Position numbers and translations under genes: made by a program
DNA from: a virus
Taxonomy: Duplodnaviria; Caudoviricetes
Virus record (IMG/VR): IMGVR_UViG_3300020599_000015
Span: 1 to 36,052 of that record
Length of the DNA: 36,052 bases
Direction: 5' to 3' (one strand)
Part shown: piece after piece, positions 15,176 through 23,603 of the stretch
How the letters are laid out: each line of letters opens with the position of its first letter
Position numbering within the stretch: the first letter of the stretch is position 1
Notes under the pieces: model-generated
Databases searched by the model: none
The model's input: only the letters and a program-made list of their open reading frames with translations
Told to the model about the DNA's origin: nothing

Positions 15176-16874
15176 CGCGCTGCCGCGGTTCTCATGTCCG
15201 GATTGGTGGGGGCGCATCCAGGCGGGCCAGATGCCCATGGCGGACGTGCCGCTGAACGCGGAGCGGGCGGCGAAGGCCGTCGCGTTCTTCAACCGCCTCC
15301 GGCTGCCGGATGTTCCCGGCACCCCGAGCATGGCAGAAGCGTGCGGCGAGTGGTTCCGTGAGATTCTCTGTGCCTTCCTGGCCAGTGAGGATCCGGAAAC
15401 GAAACAGCGGCTCGTGTGGGAGCTGCTGTGTATGGTCCCTAAGAAGAACTCGAAGACCACCTATGTGGCGGCGCTCGGCCTGACGGCGCTGTTCATGGAG
15501 GAAGCGCCGAACCGTCAGATGCTGATCGTCGCGCCGAGTCAGAACATCTCGGAACGATGCTTCGATCAGGCCCAGGGCATGATCCGGCTCGACGAGCGGC
15601 TGAACTCGATCTTCGCTGTCCAGGACCATCTCAAGTGCATCACCCGCCGGAAGACCGGCACGCAGCTCGACGTGAAGAGCTTCGACACATCGATCGTCAC
15701 CGGTGAAATTCCGATCCTGACGATCATCGATGAGGTGCATGAGCTCGGAAAGAAGTCCAAGGCGGCGGCCGTCATGCAGCAGATTCGCGGCGGTGGCATT
15801 ACGATGCAGGGCGGTCAGGTGCTGATGATCACTACGCAGTCGGACGAAGCGCCGGCCGGCATCTGGAAGACCGAGCTTCTGAAGGCGCGGAAGATCCGTG
15901 ACGGGCAGGGCGGTTCCGCGCCGATCATGTTGCCGGTGCTCTATGAGTTTCCACAGCATTTGCAGAAGGATCAGGATTTCTGGCGAGACAAGCGCAACTG
16001 GCCGATGCTGCTGCCGAACATCGGTCGGTCGATCGACGCCGACCGGCTGATCGCCGACTACGAGAATAACGGCCGGGCGACACCGCAGGCCGAACAGATA
16101 TGGGCCAGCCAGCATCTCAATATCGAGATCGGTGTCGGCATCGGCGACGATGGCTGGGGCGGTGCCGACTATTGGGATCTGCGCGCCGATCCGACGCTAA
16201 CATTGGATGCGCTGATTGAGCGCTCGGAGGTCGCAGTTGTCGGCGCTGATGGTGGTGGCCTGGACGATCTTTTCGGCGTCTGTGTCATCGGTCGCGAGAA
16301 GGTGACGCGCCGCTGGCTGGTCTGGTGCCATGCTTACGCGCATCCGAGAGTGTTGGTACGGCGCAAGGAGATCGCGGCGCATCTGCTCGACTTCCAGCGC
16401 GAGGGCTCACTCACTATCTGCGAGGTCTCCGAATACATCGCGGAGATCGCGTCGATCGCGGCGCGTATTCGTGATGCAGGGCTCATGCCCGAGAAAAAAG
16501 GCGTCGGGTTCGACCCGAACAACATTGCGGCCTTTGTTGATGCGCTCGCCCTGAGGGGGATCGAGGGAGAGATGCTGCATCGTCTCCGGCAGGGTCCAGC
16601 CCTGTCACCCGCTCTGTGGGGTCTGGAGCACAAGTTGAGCGACGACACGATCAGCCACGACGGTTCCGATCTGATGTCTTGGTCAGTTGGCAATGTGAAA
16701 ATCGAGGTCAAGCTCAATGGCAACATGGCGACGAAGGAAGCGGCAGGGCGGGCGAAGATCGATCCGTTCGTTGCCATGCTCTGCGCGGCGATCCTGATGA
16801 GCTGGAATCCGATAGCCGCCGGGATGGCGGTGTCGCCCTGGGATGATCCCGAATTCAGTCTGGTAGGCGCATGA
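15162..16874 (+). CDS. Terminase large subunit
   Basis: Walker A VPKKNSKTT, Walker B IIDEVH, ITTQ, nuclease GADGGGLDDL and KIDP. Confidence 0.95.
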   Translation: MPPTDALPRFSCPDWWGRIQAGQMPMADVPLNAERAAKAVAFFNRLRLPDVPGTPSMAEACGEWFREILCAFLASEDPETKQRLVWELLCMVPKKNSKTTYVAALGLTALFMEEAPNRQMLIVAPSQNISERCFDQAQGMIRLDERLNSIFAVQDHLKCITRRKTGTQLDVKSFDTSIVTGEIPILTIIDEVHELGKKSKAAAVMQQIRGGGITMQGGQVLMITTQSDEAPAGIWKTELLKARKIRDGQGGSAPIMLPVLYEFPQHLQKDQDFWRDKRNWPMLLPNIGRSIDADRLIADYENNGRATPQAEQIWASQHLNIEIGVGIGDDGWGGADYWDLRADPTLTLDALIERSEVAVVGADGGGLDDLFGVCVIGREKVTRRWLVWCHAYAHPRVLVRRKEIAAHLLDFQREGSLTICEVSEYIAEIASIAARIRDAGLMPEKKGVGFDPNNIAAFVDALALRGIEGEMLHRLRQGPALSPALWGLEHKLSDDTISHDGSDLMSWSVGNVKIEVKLNGNMATKEAAGRAKIDPFVAMLCAAILMSWNPIAAGMAVSPWDDPEFSLVGA

Positions 16875-18142
16875 AGATCGGTTTTGAAATCAGCCGTTCC
16901 ACTGGCGAACAGCGGTCGGGTAGCATCGAGAACCCCACGGTCCCGGTCTCGCAGACTGTCGAGTTCATGTCGTTCTTCGGCCTGGATTCGGTGAAGCTGC
17001 CGGCCGTCACGATTGCCAGCGCCATGACCGTTCCGGCGGTGCTGGCGGCGGTGGCGTTCCTGTCGCGCACCATGGCGACGCTGCCACTTCACGCCTATCG
17101 CGACGGGAAGGACGGCGCTACCAGGCTGACGGGCAAGACGGCGACGACGATCCACGATGCGCCGAACGATCTCATGGGATCGTTCAAGTTCCGCCAGTAT
17201 TTCTGGCAACAAGTGTTCACCGGCGGTCGAGGCCTGGCATGGATCGAGCGGAACGGCCGAGAGGTCGATGCGCTGTGGCCGATGGACCCGCGCAAGACGA
17301 CGGTGAAGCGTGTCGGGTTCGATCTCGTCTACCAGTTCGAGGGAAAATCGTATCCCTCAGCCGATGTGATCGACGTGCCGTTCATGCTGAAAGAGGATCA
17401 GGTCGGACACTACGGCCCGATACGTCTGGCTGCGAAGGCGATCCAGCTTGCGCTCGCCATGAACGATTACGGCTCGAACTTCTTCGCCGGCGGCGGCGTT
17501 CCGCCGCTGGCGCTGGTCGGGCCGCTGCCACAAGGTTCTGCCGGCCTGCAACGTGCCCTCAACGATACGAAACGGGCGATCGACGAGGCGCATGCCAGCG
17601 GCAAGAAGATCGTCCCGATCCCTCCCGGTCATAAACTGGAGCCTGTCGGCTATGAGCCGGACAAAGGCCAGATGACCGAGGCGCGCCTGTTCCAGATTCA
17701 GGAGATCGCGCGGGCGTGGCAGCTTCCACCCGCATTCCTGCAGGATCTGTCGCGCGGCACCTTCGCCAATGTCGAGCAGCAGGACCTTCATCTGGTCAAA
17801 CACCTGATCGGCCAATGGGCGAAGGCATTCGAGGATGAGGCGAACCTGAAGCTGTTCGGGCGCGGGAAGACCGGTCGATATGTCGAGCACAATCTCGACG
17901 GTCTCCAGCGCGGCGATTTCAAGAGCCGGATCGACGGCATCGCGCGGGCCATCCAGACGGCGCAGATCACGCCGAATGAGGCGCGGGCGCTGGAGAACCG
18001 GCCGCGCCACAAGAATCCGGATGCTGACGAACTGCTGGTGCAGGGCGCGACCGTGGTGCTCGGGAAGCAGCCGCTGAAGCCGGAACCGGAAAAGCCGGCC
18101 CACGACATCGACGGAGAGAAGAATGATGACGACAAAGCCTGA
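16871..18142 (+). CDS. HK97-family portal protein
   Basis: AVLAAV..LS.T.A.LP, EIARAWQLPP, ANVEQQ, TPNEARALEN. Confidence 0.95.
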   Translation: MKIGFEISRSTGEQRSGSIENPTVPVSQTVEFMSFFGLDSVKLPAVTIASAMTVPAVLAAVAFLSRTMATLPLHAYRDGKDGATRLTGKTATTIHDAPNDLMGSFKFRQYFWQQVFTGGRGLAWIERNGREVDALWPMDPRKTTVKRVGFDLVYQFEGKSYPSADVIDVPFMLKEDQVGHYGPIRLAAKAIQLALAMNDYGSNFFAGGGVPPLALVGPLPQGSAGLQRALNDTKRAIDEAHASGKKIVPIPPGHKLEPVGYEPDKGQMTEARLFQIQEIARAWQLPPAFLQDLSRGTFANVEQQDLHLVKHLIGQWAKAFEDEANLKLFGRGKTGRYVEHNLDGLQRGDFKSRIDGIARAIQTAQITPNEARALENRPRHKNPDADELLVQGATVVLGKQPLKPEPEKPAHDIDGEKNDDDKA

Positions 18143-18725
18143 TGGCGCGGAGAAGCGCTCGCTTGTCCTGCCGGTCGATCACCGCTCGGATGGTGACGGC
18201 AAGGTCACGGTGGCAGGTTATGCTGCGGTGTTCGGCGACACGGCCGACATCGGCGGATATTTCCGCGAGGTCATCGCGCGCGGCGCCTTCACCAATACGC
18301 TGCGCACGGGCGATGTGCGGGCCTATTTCGACCATGATCGCGGTCGGGTTCTCGGGCGCACGTCGTCGGGCACCTTGCGGCTCCGGGAGGATGAAAGGGG
18401 CCTCGCGGTCGAGATCGACCTGCCGGATACCTCGGACGGCCGCGATGTGAAGACGCTGATCGAGCGCGGTGATATTTCCGGCATGTCGTTCGGATTTTCC
18501 GTCCTGAAGCAGGAATGGGACGAAACCGTCGATCCGCCGACGCGGACCATCATGGAAGTCGAGCTTCGGGAGGTCAGCATCGTGTCCGAGCCGGCATATG
18601 ACGGGACGTCCATCGCGCTTCGTTCGCTCGACGAGGCGCGTAAGGAACACCGGCGCCAGCACAATGCTGCCGCCTTCGCACGCCGCAAGGCCGAAGCAGA
18701 AGCCCGGTTCCGCAACATCACCTGA
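18123..18725 (+). CDS. HK97-family prohead protease
   Basis: GYAAVFG, FDHD...LGRT, GMSFGF, EVSIVSEPAY. Confidence 0.95.
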   Translation: MMTTKPDGAEKRSLVLPVDHRSDGDGKVTVAGYAAVFGDTADIGGYFREVIARGAFTNTLRTGDVRAYFDHDRGRVLGRTSSGTLRLREDERGLAVEIDLPDTSDGRDVKTLIERGDISGMSFGFSVLKQEWDETVDPPTRTIMEVELREVSIVSEPAYDGTSIALRSLDEARKEHRRQHNAAAFARRKAEAEARFRNIT

Positions 18726-18827
18726 GATTACCCGGCACCTGCCGGAGGGCGAGGCAAGCATCCCGCTTCCCGTCTTAGCTGCCTGCTTTCGAGCGGGCTC
18801 TTTCGACATGCTCACATGGAGATCATC

Positions 18828-20093
18828 ATGAGCAAGGAACTGATTGAGAAGCGGGAAAAGCTCGTACACGACGCCCGCGAAGCTCTTGACGAGATCAAGA
18901 AGAACACCGACGAGGCGCGCGCCGCCGAACTCGAAAAGCGTCATGACGACATCATGGCCGAGTTCGACAAGGTGGATGCGCAGCTCGCCCGCGAAAAGCG
19001 CATGGCCGATGCCGAAAAGCGCCTCGAGGAGCGAGCCGCCGAGGAGCGCGCCAAGAAGCGTCCGATTGCCGGCGGCGAAGGCCGGGGCCAGGACGATGGC
19101 GAGGAGGTCACCTATCGCTCGGCTTTCCATCGCTATGTCGCGGTGGCCGGCGATATGTCGGCGCTCAGCGACGAGGAGCGGGCGGCGCTCCGTGCAGGCG
19201 TGGCGTCCAGCGAGGTTCGCGCCCAGACCACGAGCACTCCGTCCGCCGGCGGCTACACCGTCCCGACCGAACTGAGTAGCCAGATCATCAAGTCGATGAA
19301 GGCTTGGGGGCCGATGTATGACGAGGATATCTGCACGGTGATGAACACCACCGCCGGCAACCCGATCGACATCCCGACGATCGATGACACGTCGGTGCCG
19401 GTCGTTCCGCACACCGAAGCCGGCGCAGTCACCGATGATGGCGGCTCGGACGCCACCTTCGGCAAGAAGACGTTGAACGCCTATGCCTACGACACCGAAT
19501 GGGTGAAGTTCTCGTGGGAGCTGGCGCAGGATTCGATCTTCAACTTCGAGACCCTGCTCGGCGATCTGCTCGGCCAGCGCCTCGGCCGCCGCGCGAACAC
19601 CGAACTGACCGTCGGCGACGGTACCGGTGATCCGAACGGTATCGTCACCGCATCGACGAAAGGCAAGGATGCAGCGGCTGCCACTGCGGTCACCTATGAC
19701 GAGATCATCGACCTCGTCCATTCGGTCGATCCGGCCTATCGCACGTCGCCGAAGGCTCGCTTCATGTTCAACGACAAGACGCTGGGCGCGCTGCGCAAGC
19801 TGAAGGATGGCGAGGGCCGCTATATCTGGACGCAGGGCGACGTCCAGGGTGGCGTGCCGGGCAACATCCTCGGCTATCGCTACTCGGTGAACCAGGCGAT
19901 GGCTGACATTGCGACCGGCAACAAGTCGATCATCTTCGGCGACTTCGGCAAGTACTTCGTCCGCAAGGTCGGCGGCATCGTCATGTTCGTCGCCCGCGAG
20001 CGGTTCGCGCCGGACATCGGCCTCCTTGGCCTGATCCGCCTCGACGGCGAATTGGGCGATACGGCTGCCGTCAAGCATCTGCTGCAGCCCTGA
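18828..20093 (+). CDS. HK97-fold major capsid protein with delta domain
   Basis: Coiled-coil N-terminus, GGYTVP, GDGTGDPNGI, LKDGEGRYIW, FGDF. Confidence 0.95.
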   Translation: MSKELIEKREKLVHDAREALDEIKKNTDEARAAELEKRHDDIMAEFDKVDAQLAREKRMADAEKRLEERAAEERAKKRPIAGGEGRGQDDGEEVTYRSAFHRYVAVAGDMSALSDEERAALRAGVASSEVRAQTTSTPSAGGYTVPTELSSQIIKSMKAWGPMYDEDICTVMNTTAGNPIDIPTIDDTSVPVVPHTEAGAVTDDGGSDATFGKKTLNAYAYDTEWVKFSWELAQDSIFNFETLLGDLLGQRLGRRANTELTVGDGTGDPNGIVTASTKGKDAAAATAVTYDEIIDLVHSVDPAYRTSPKARFMFNDKTLGALRKLKDGEGRYIWTQGDVQGGVPGNILGYRYSVNQAMADIATGNKSIIFGDFGKYFVRKVGGIVMFVARERFAPDIGLLGLIRLDGELGDTAAVKHLLQP

Positions 20094-20101
20094 TCTAGTG
20101 G

Positions 20102-20128
20102 GCGGGGCTTCGGCCCCGCTTCCCTTCC
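20102..20128 (+). terminator. Hairpin after the capsid gene (weak intrinsic terminator or stabiliser)
   Basis: GCGGGGC-TTCG-GCCCCGC followed by TTCCCTTCC. Confidence 0.6.
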
Positions 20129-20148
20129 TCGATCCTATGGAGGTCGGA

Positions 20149-20325
20149 ATGTCCGATCAGAATACAAAGGTTTATCGCAAGCCCGGCGGCAACGAAATGG
20201 TTGTCGCATCCGGCGGCAAGATCACCGTCGAGGCGGGCGGTGCGATTATCCTGCCGACCGCAGACCCCCATATTGTCGGCGCGCTTTGGAATGACGCAGG
20301 CACTATCACTGTGAGCGCGGGCTAA
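20149..20325 (+). CDS. Small virion protein (possible head decoration)
   Basis: GGAGG RBS; LPTADP...GALWND.GT..VSAG. Confidence 0.6.
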   Translation: MSDQNTKVYRKPGGNEMVVASGGKITVEAGGAIILPTADPHIVGALWNDAGTITVSAG

Positions 20326-20519
20326 TGCTTGTCCGCCTCCTGGTCGGGCTGTCCGGCCCGGCCTATTCCCTCGGTCCCGGCGATGAGCGGGACTTCCCGC
20401 AGGACGAGGCCGTGCGCCTGATCGAAGCCGGATATGCTGTCCCGGCTTCTGATCGGGCTGTTGAGATGACGGCGAAGCTCCCGGCGCCCGAGCGTCGTGG
20501 CCGGCGTAAGAAGGACTGA
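20325..20519 (+). CDS. Small head-associated hypothetical protein
   Basis: TAATG coupling; GD.....EA.RLIEAGYA motif. Confidence 0.7.
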   Translation: MLVRLLVGLSGPAYSLGPGDERDFPQDEAVRLIEAGYAVPASDRAVEMTAKLPAPERRGRRKKD

Positions 20520-20522
20520 TCC

Positions 20523-21071
20523 ATGTGGTATCCGTCGACGGTCATAGTCGCGCCGACCACCGAGCCGGTGCCTCTGGACGAGGTAAAGGCGCAGTGCGGC
20601 ATTCTGCCTGCCGAGACGCATTTCAATGATATGCTCACTCGGTTGATCAAGGCGGCGCGCTCGCATGTCGAGCACTACTGCAACGCCCGATGGGCCGAGC
20701 AAGCGCTGGCGTGTCAGTGCGATAGCTTCCGAGATTTCGCGCGGCTGTCAGAGGGGCCGCTGAAATCGATCACATCGGTGCAATATGTCGATGCTGCCGG
20801 CGACACACAGACGCTCGACGAAGCCGTCTACGACGCGCGGAAGGACGGACTGGAGCCGTCGATCGCGCTCAAGCCGAGCCAGTCCTGGCCGGCGATCCGG
20901 CCGGGCTCTCGTATCACGCTGACGGCTGTGTTCGGCGGTGACGTTCCTGCCGAGGTGCACCACGCCATGTTGATGTTCGTCGACGATGCCTTCCACAAAC
21001 GCGAGAACGCGAAGCGCGATGACTGGACGGCTATCGATGTCCTGCTCTGCAACCATCGTCGGGGTGCATGA
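20523..21071 (+). CDS. Head-tail connector (gp6-like)
   Basis: EPVPLDEVKAQC...LI.AAR..VE.YC. Confidence 0.88.
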   Translation: MWYPSTVIVAPTTEPVPLDEVKAQCGILPAETHFNDMLTRLIKAARSHVEHYCNARWAEQALACQCDSFRDFARLSEGPLKSITSVQYVDAAGDTQTLDEAVYDARKDGLEPSIALKPSQSWPAIRPGSRITLTAVFGGDVPAEVHHAMLMFVDDAFHKRENAKRDDWTAIDVLLCNHRRGA

Positions 21072-21415
21072 TGGTCGGGTCGGGCGCGCGGACGCGGTTG
21101 ATCACCCTGTCTCGCGACGGTGAAAAGATCGGTGAGAACGAGTTCAATGAGCCGATCTATGGCAATCCGGTCAGCTTTGAACGGCTCGCATCACGGCTCG
21201 ATGCGTCGGATGGCGAGCGATTTGCGGCGGGTCAGGTCGGTTCGTTCCGGATGAGCCGTTTCGTCGTTCTCTCGGATCCGGAAACGCGCGCGGTGACGCC
21301 GGTCTACCGGCTCGACCACGAGGGTGCATCCTACAACATCGTCGGGGTGAAGGAGGTCTCGGAGGGCCGGCACCGCTTCATCGAGATCACGTCGGTTCGT
21401 GACGCCGATGGCTAA
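21068..21415 (+). CDS. Head closure / head-tail adaptor
   Basis: SDGERFAAGQ...YNIVGVKE; synteny. Confidence 0.82.
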   Translation: MMVGSGARTRLITLSRDGEKIGENEFNEPIYGNPVSFERLASRLDASDGERFAAGQVGSFRMSRFVVLSDPETRAVTPVYRLDHEGASYNIVGVKEVSEGRHRFIEITSVRDADG

Positions 21416-21854
21416 GGGCTTTTCGGTGAAGGTCGAAGGCCTGAAGGAATTGGAGCAGGCGCTCCAACAGCTGCCGAAGGCCAACGCCAAGGCAGTGCTG
21501 CGGCGAACGCTAAAGGAAGCTGGCCAGCCGGTTGCCAAGACAGCCCGCGCCCTCGCGCCTATCGAAATGGGCTATCTGCGCGAAAGTATCGATGTCGGCA
21601 CAAAGCTTTCTCGCCGGCAGTCGAAGCTTCACAAAAAGCAGTCGCCAGTGGAAGCGTTCGTCGGCCCGGGGCCTGACCCGGCAGCTCACTTGCAGGAGTT
21701 CGGCACGGGACCCGGTCACCAGACGCAACCGTTCATGCGTCCTGCATGGGACCAGCACAAGAACGAAGTCCTCGAAACAATAGCCAACCGCACTTGGCTT
21801 GAGATCGAAAAGACAGCGGCGCGACTGGCGAAGAAAGCTGCAAAGGGCAAATAA
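21408..21854 (+). CDS. HK97 gp10-family protein
   Basis: VEGLKELE, AP...G.LRESI, EFGT, QPFMRPAWD. Confidence 0.9.
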   Translation: MAKGFSVKVEGLKELEQALQQLPKANAKAVLRRTLKEAGQPVAKTARALAPIEMGYLRESIDVGTKLSRRQSKLHKKQSPVEAFVGPGPDPAAHLQEFGTGPGHQTQPFMRPAWDQHKNEVLETIANRTWLEIEKTAARLAKKAAKGK

Positions 21855-21857
21855 GCC

Positions 21858-22244
21858 ATGGAAGAACAGCTTGTGACCCTGCTGTTAGGCGCAGCCGGCG
21901 TGACAGCGCTTGTCTCTGATCGCATCCATTGGGGACGCGCGCCGCAAGGCACATCGGGTCCCTATGCCGTACTGCAGCGCATCGACGGCCTGCGCGACTA
22001 TCATACGCAAGGCGCTTCCGGATATGTCGCGAGCCGTGTTCAGATCGACATCTACAGCGAGAAGTACACCGCCACGAAGAAGACCGCCCGCGCCGTGATC
22101 GCAACGCTGTCAGGCCACAGGGGTGGGATATTCCAGGGCATTTTCCTCGATGGCGAACGAGACCTTCCCGCAGCGGACGCGGGCGATGTGAAGCATCTGT
22201 TCCGTACCTCCCTCGACTTCATGATTCATCACAAGGAGACCTGA
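21858..22244 (+). CDS. Tail completion protein (DUF3168-like)
   Basis: PQG..PY.V, RVQIDIY; synteny. Confidence 0.8.
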   Translation: MEEQLVTLLLGAAGVTALVSDRIHWGRAPQGTSGPYAVLQRIDGLRDYHTQGASGYVASRVQIDIYSEKYTATKKTARAVIATLSGHRGGIFQGIFLDGERDLPAADAGDVKHLFRTSLDFMIHHKET

Positions 22245-22246
22245 AG

Positions 22247-22942
22247 ATGGCCGAAACACAGGCATCTATCGGCTATGGTTCGTTTTTCCATATCAGCCGC
22301 GACAATGAGGCAACGTGGATCGAACTTGCTGAAGTGTTCGACATTACACCGCCCAACGATACCGTTGATGAGGTGGACGCCACCCATATGCAGTCACCGA
22401 ACCGGACTCGCGAGTTCATCCCCGGCCTGATCGATCCGGGCGAGGCATCCTTCGAGATGAACTTCATTCCGGGCTCAGCGTCCGACTTGCTTATCGGGGA
22501 GATCAAGACCGCCGGTGAGCGGGTGCGCTGCCGCGTCACCTTCCCGAACGGCGTGACGTGGAAGTTCTCTGGTTGGGTCTCGGGCTATGAACCTGCGGTC
22601 CCCACCGACGATAAGATGACGGCAACCGTGACCTGGCGCGTCACTGGCCCGACCATCTCCACCCCGGCCGCTGCCCCGGTCAATTCCGTGCTGCCGGCGA
22701 TCTCCGGCGTGGCTCAGGAGGGCCAAACCCTGACGGCATGGGAAGGTGTGTGGGCCGGCTCCCCGAGTTTCACGTTCCAGTGGGAAGCCGATGGCACGCC
22801 GATCTCTGGCGCCACCGAAAAGACCTTCGCTCCGGTCGCCGGCAATATCGGTGATGTCATCACGGTCGTGGTGACCGGCTCCAATGCCGCCGGCTCCGCC
22901 TCCGCTGAGAGCGTGGGCACGGCAGCGGTGGTGGGGGCATAA
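22247..22942 (+). CDS. Major tail tube protein with C-terminal Ig-like domain
   Basis: AAGGAG RBS; ITPP..T.DEVDATHMQSP...EFIPGLIDPGE; C-terminal PAISG.AQEGQTLT...FQW. Confidence 0.9.
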   Translation: MAETQASIGYGSFFHISRDNEATWIELAEVFDITPPNDTVDEVDATHMQSPNRTREFIPGLIDPGEASFEMNFIPGSASDLLIGEIKTAGERVRCRVTFPNGVTWKFSGWVSGYEPAVPTDDKMTATVTWRVTGPTISTPAAAPVNSVLPAISGVAQEGQTLTAWEGVWAGSPSFTFQWEADGTPISGATEKTFAPVAGNIGDVITVVVTGSNAAGSASAESVGTAAVVGA

Positions 22943-22946
22943 GCCG

Positions 22947-23306
22947 ATGGCCAATCCCCATCGCGGTTCGGTCGCCCTCCAATCTGGTGACCGCGCCTAT
23001 ACATTGTCGTTCTCGGTCAATGCGCTCTGTGAACTGGAGGCCGAACTCGACAAGCCGGTTTCCGAGATCATCGCCGAAATCCAGAACCCGAAGCAGGTGC
23101 GGATGAATTCCATCCGCGCTCTGGTCTGGGCTGCGCTGCGCGATCACCATGAGGACGTGAGCATCAAGGATGCTGGACTGATCGCGACGGATGCAGGCAT
23201 GCAGGTGTGCGTCGAGAAGATTGGCGAGGCATTCCGCCTCGCATTTCCAGGCGCGCCTAAGGCGGGCGGCAAGGAAAACCCTCGGAAGGCGGCGACGGCA
23301 GGCTAG
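22947..23306 (+). CDS. Tail assembly chaperone (gpG-like, GTA-gp10-like)
   Basis: MANPHRGSV...LSFSVNALCELE; ends near slippery G GAA AAC. Confidence 0.85.
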   Translation: MANPHRGSVALQSGDRAYTLSFSVNALCELEAELDKPVSEIIAEIQNPKQVRMNSIRALVWAALRDHHEDVSIKDAGLIATDAGMQVCVEKIGEAFRLAFPGAPKAGGKENPRKAATAG

Positions 23307-23602
23307 ACCCGCTGTCGCTGCTTAGATCGTGGGTGGAAGCCGGTCTCGACCCTTCGGGCTTCTGGCGGCTCACGCTTCGCGAAATCGGCGTCATTCTGGA
23401 AGGTGTCGCCTCCCGGCTCAAACGCGAACACAACGATCGTGCATGGCTGGCCTGGCATATCGAGGCGTTGGCGCGGCAAAAAAAGCTCCCCAAACTGAAA
23501 GACCTGACGCCCGCCGCTCCAAAAAAAGGGAAGCGGCGTCAAACGGTCGAGGAACAGATCGCCATCGCCCATAGATGGACGGCGGCCCTGACGAGGCATT
23601 GA
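23279..23602 (+). CDS. Tail assembly chaperone gpT-like segment, reached by -1 frameshift
   Basis: -1 frame open from 23279; GLDPSGFWRLTLRE motif; precedes the tape measure gene. Confidence 0.75.
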   Translation, partial: PSEGGDGRLDPLSLLRSWVEAGLDPSGFWRLTLREIGVILEGVASRLKREHNDRAWLAWHIEALARQKKLPKLKDLTPAAPKKGKRRQTVEEQIAIAHRWTAALTRH

Positions 23603-23603
23603 T

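Noticed and set aside
18732-18743. Iteron-like CGGCA-CC-TGCCG upstream of the capsid gene
   Set aside because: Single copy with different spacing; likely chance or an RNA hairpin in GC-rich DNA
17967-20078. 703-aa minus-strand ORF and similar long antisense ORFs (27879-29174, 15192-16115, 4389-5495, 32305-33369)
   Set aside because: Shadow frames of high-GC genes with no recognisable motifs
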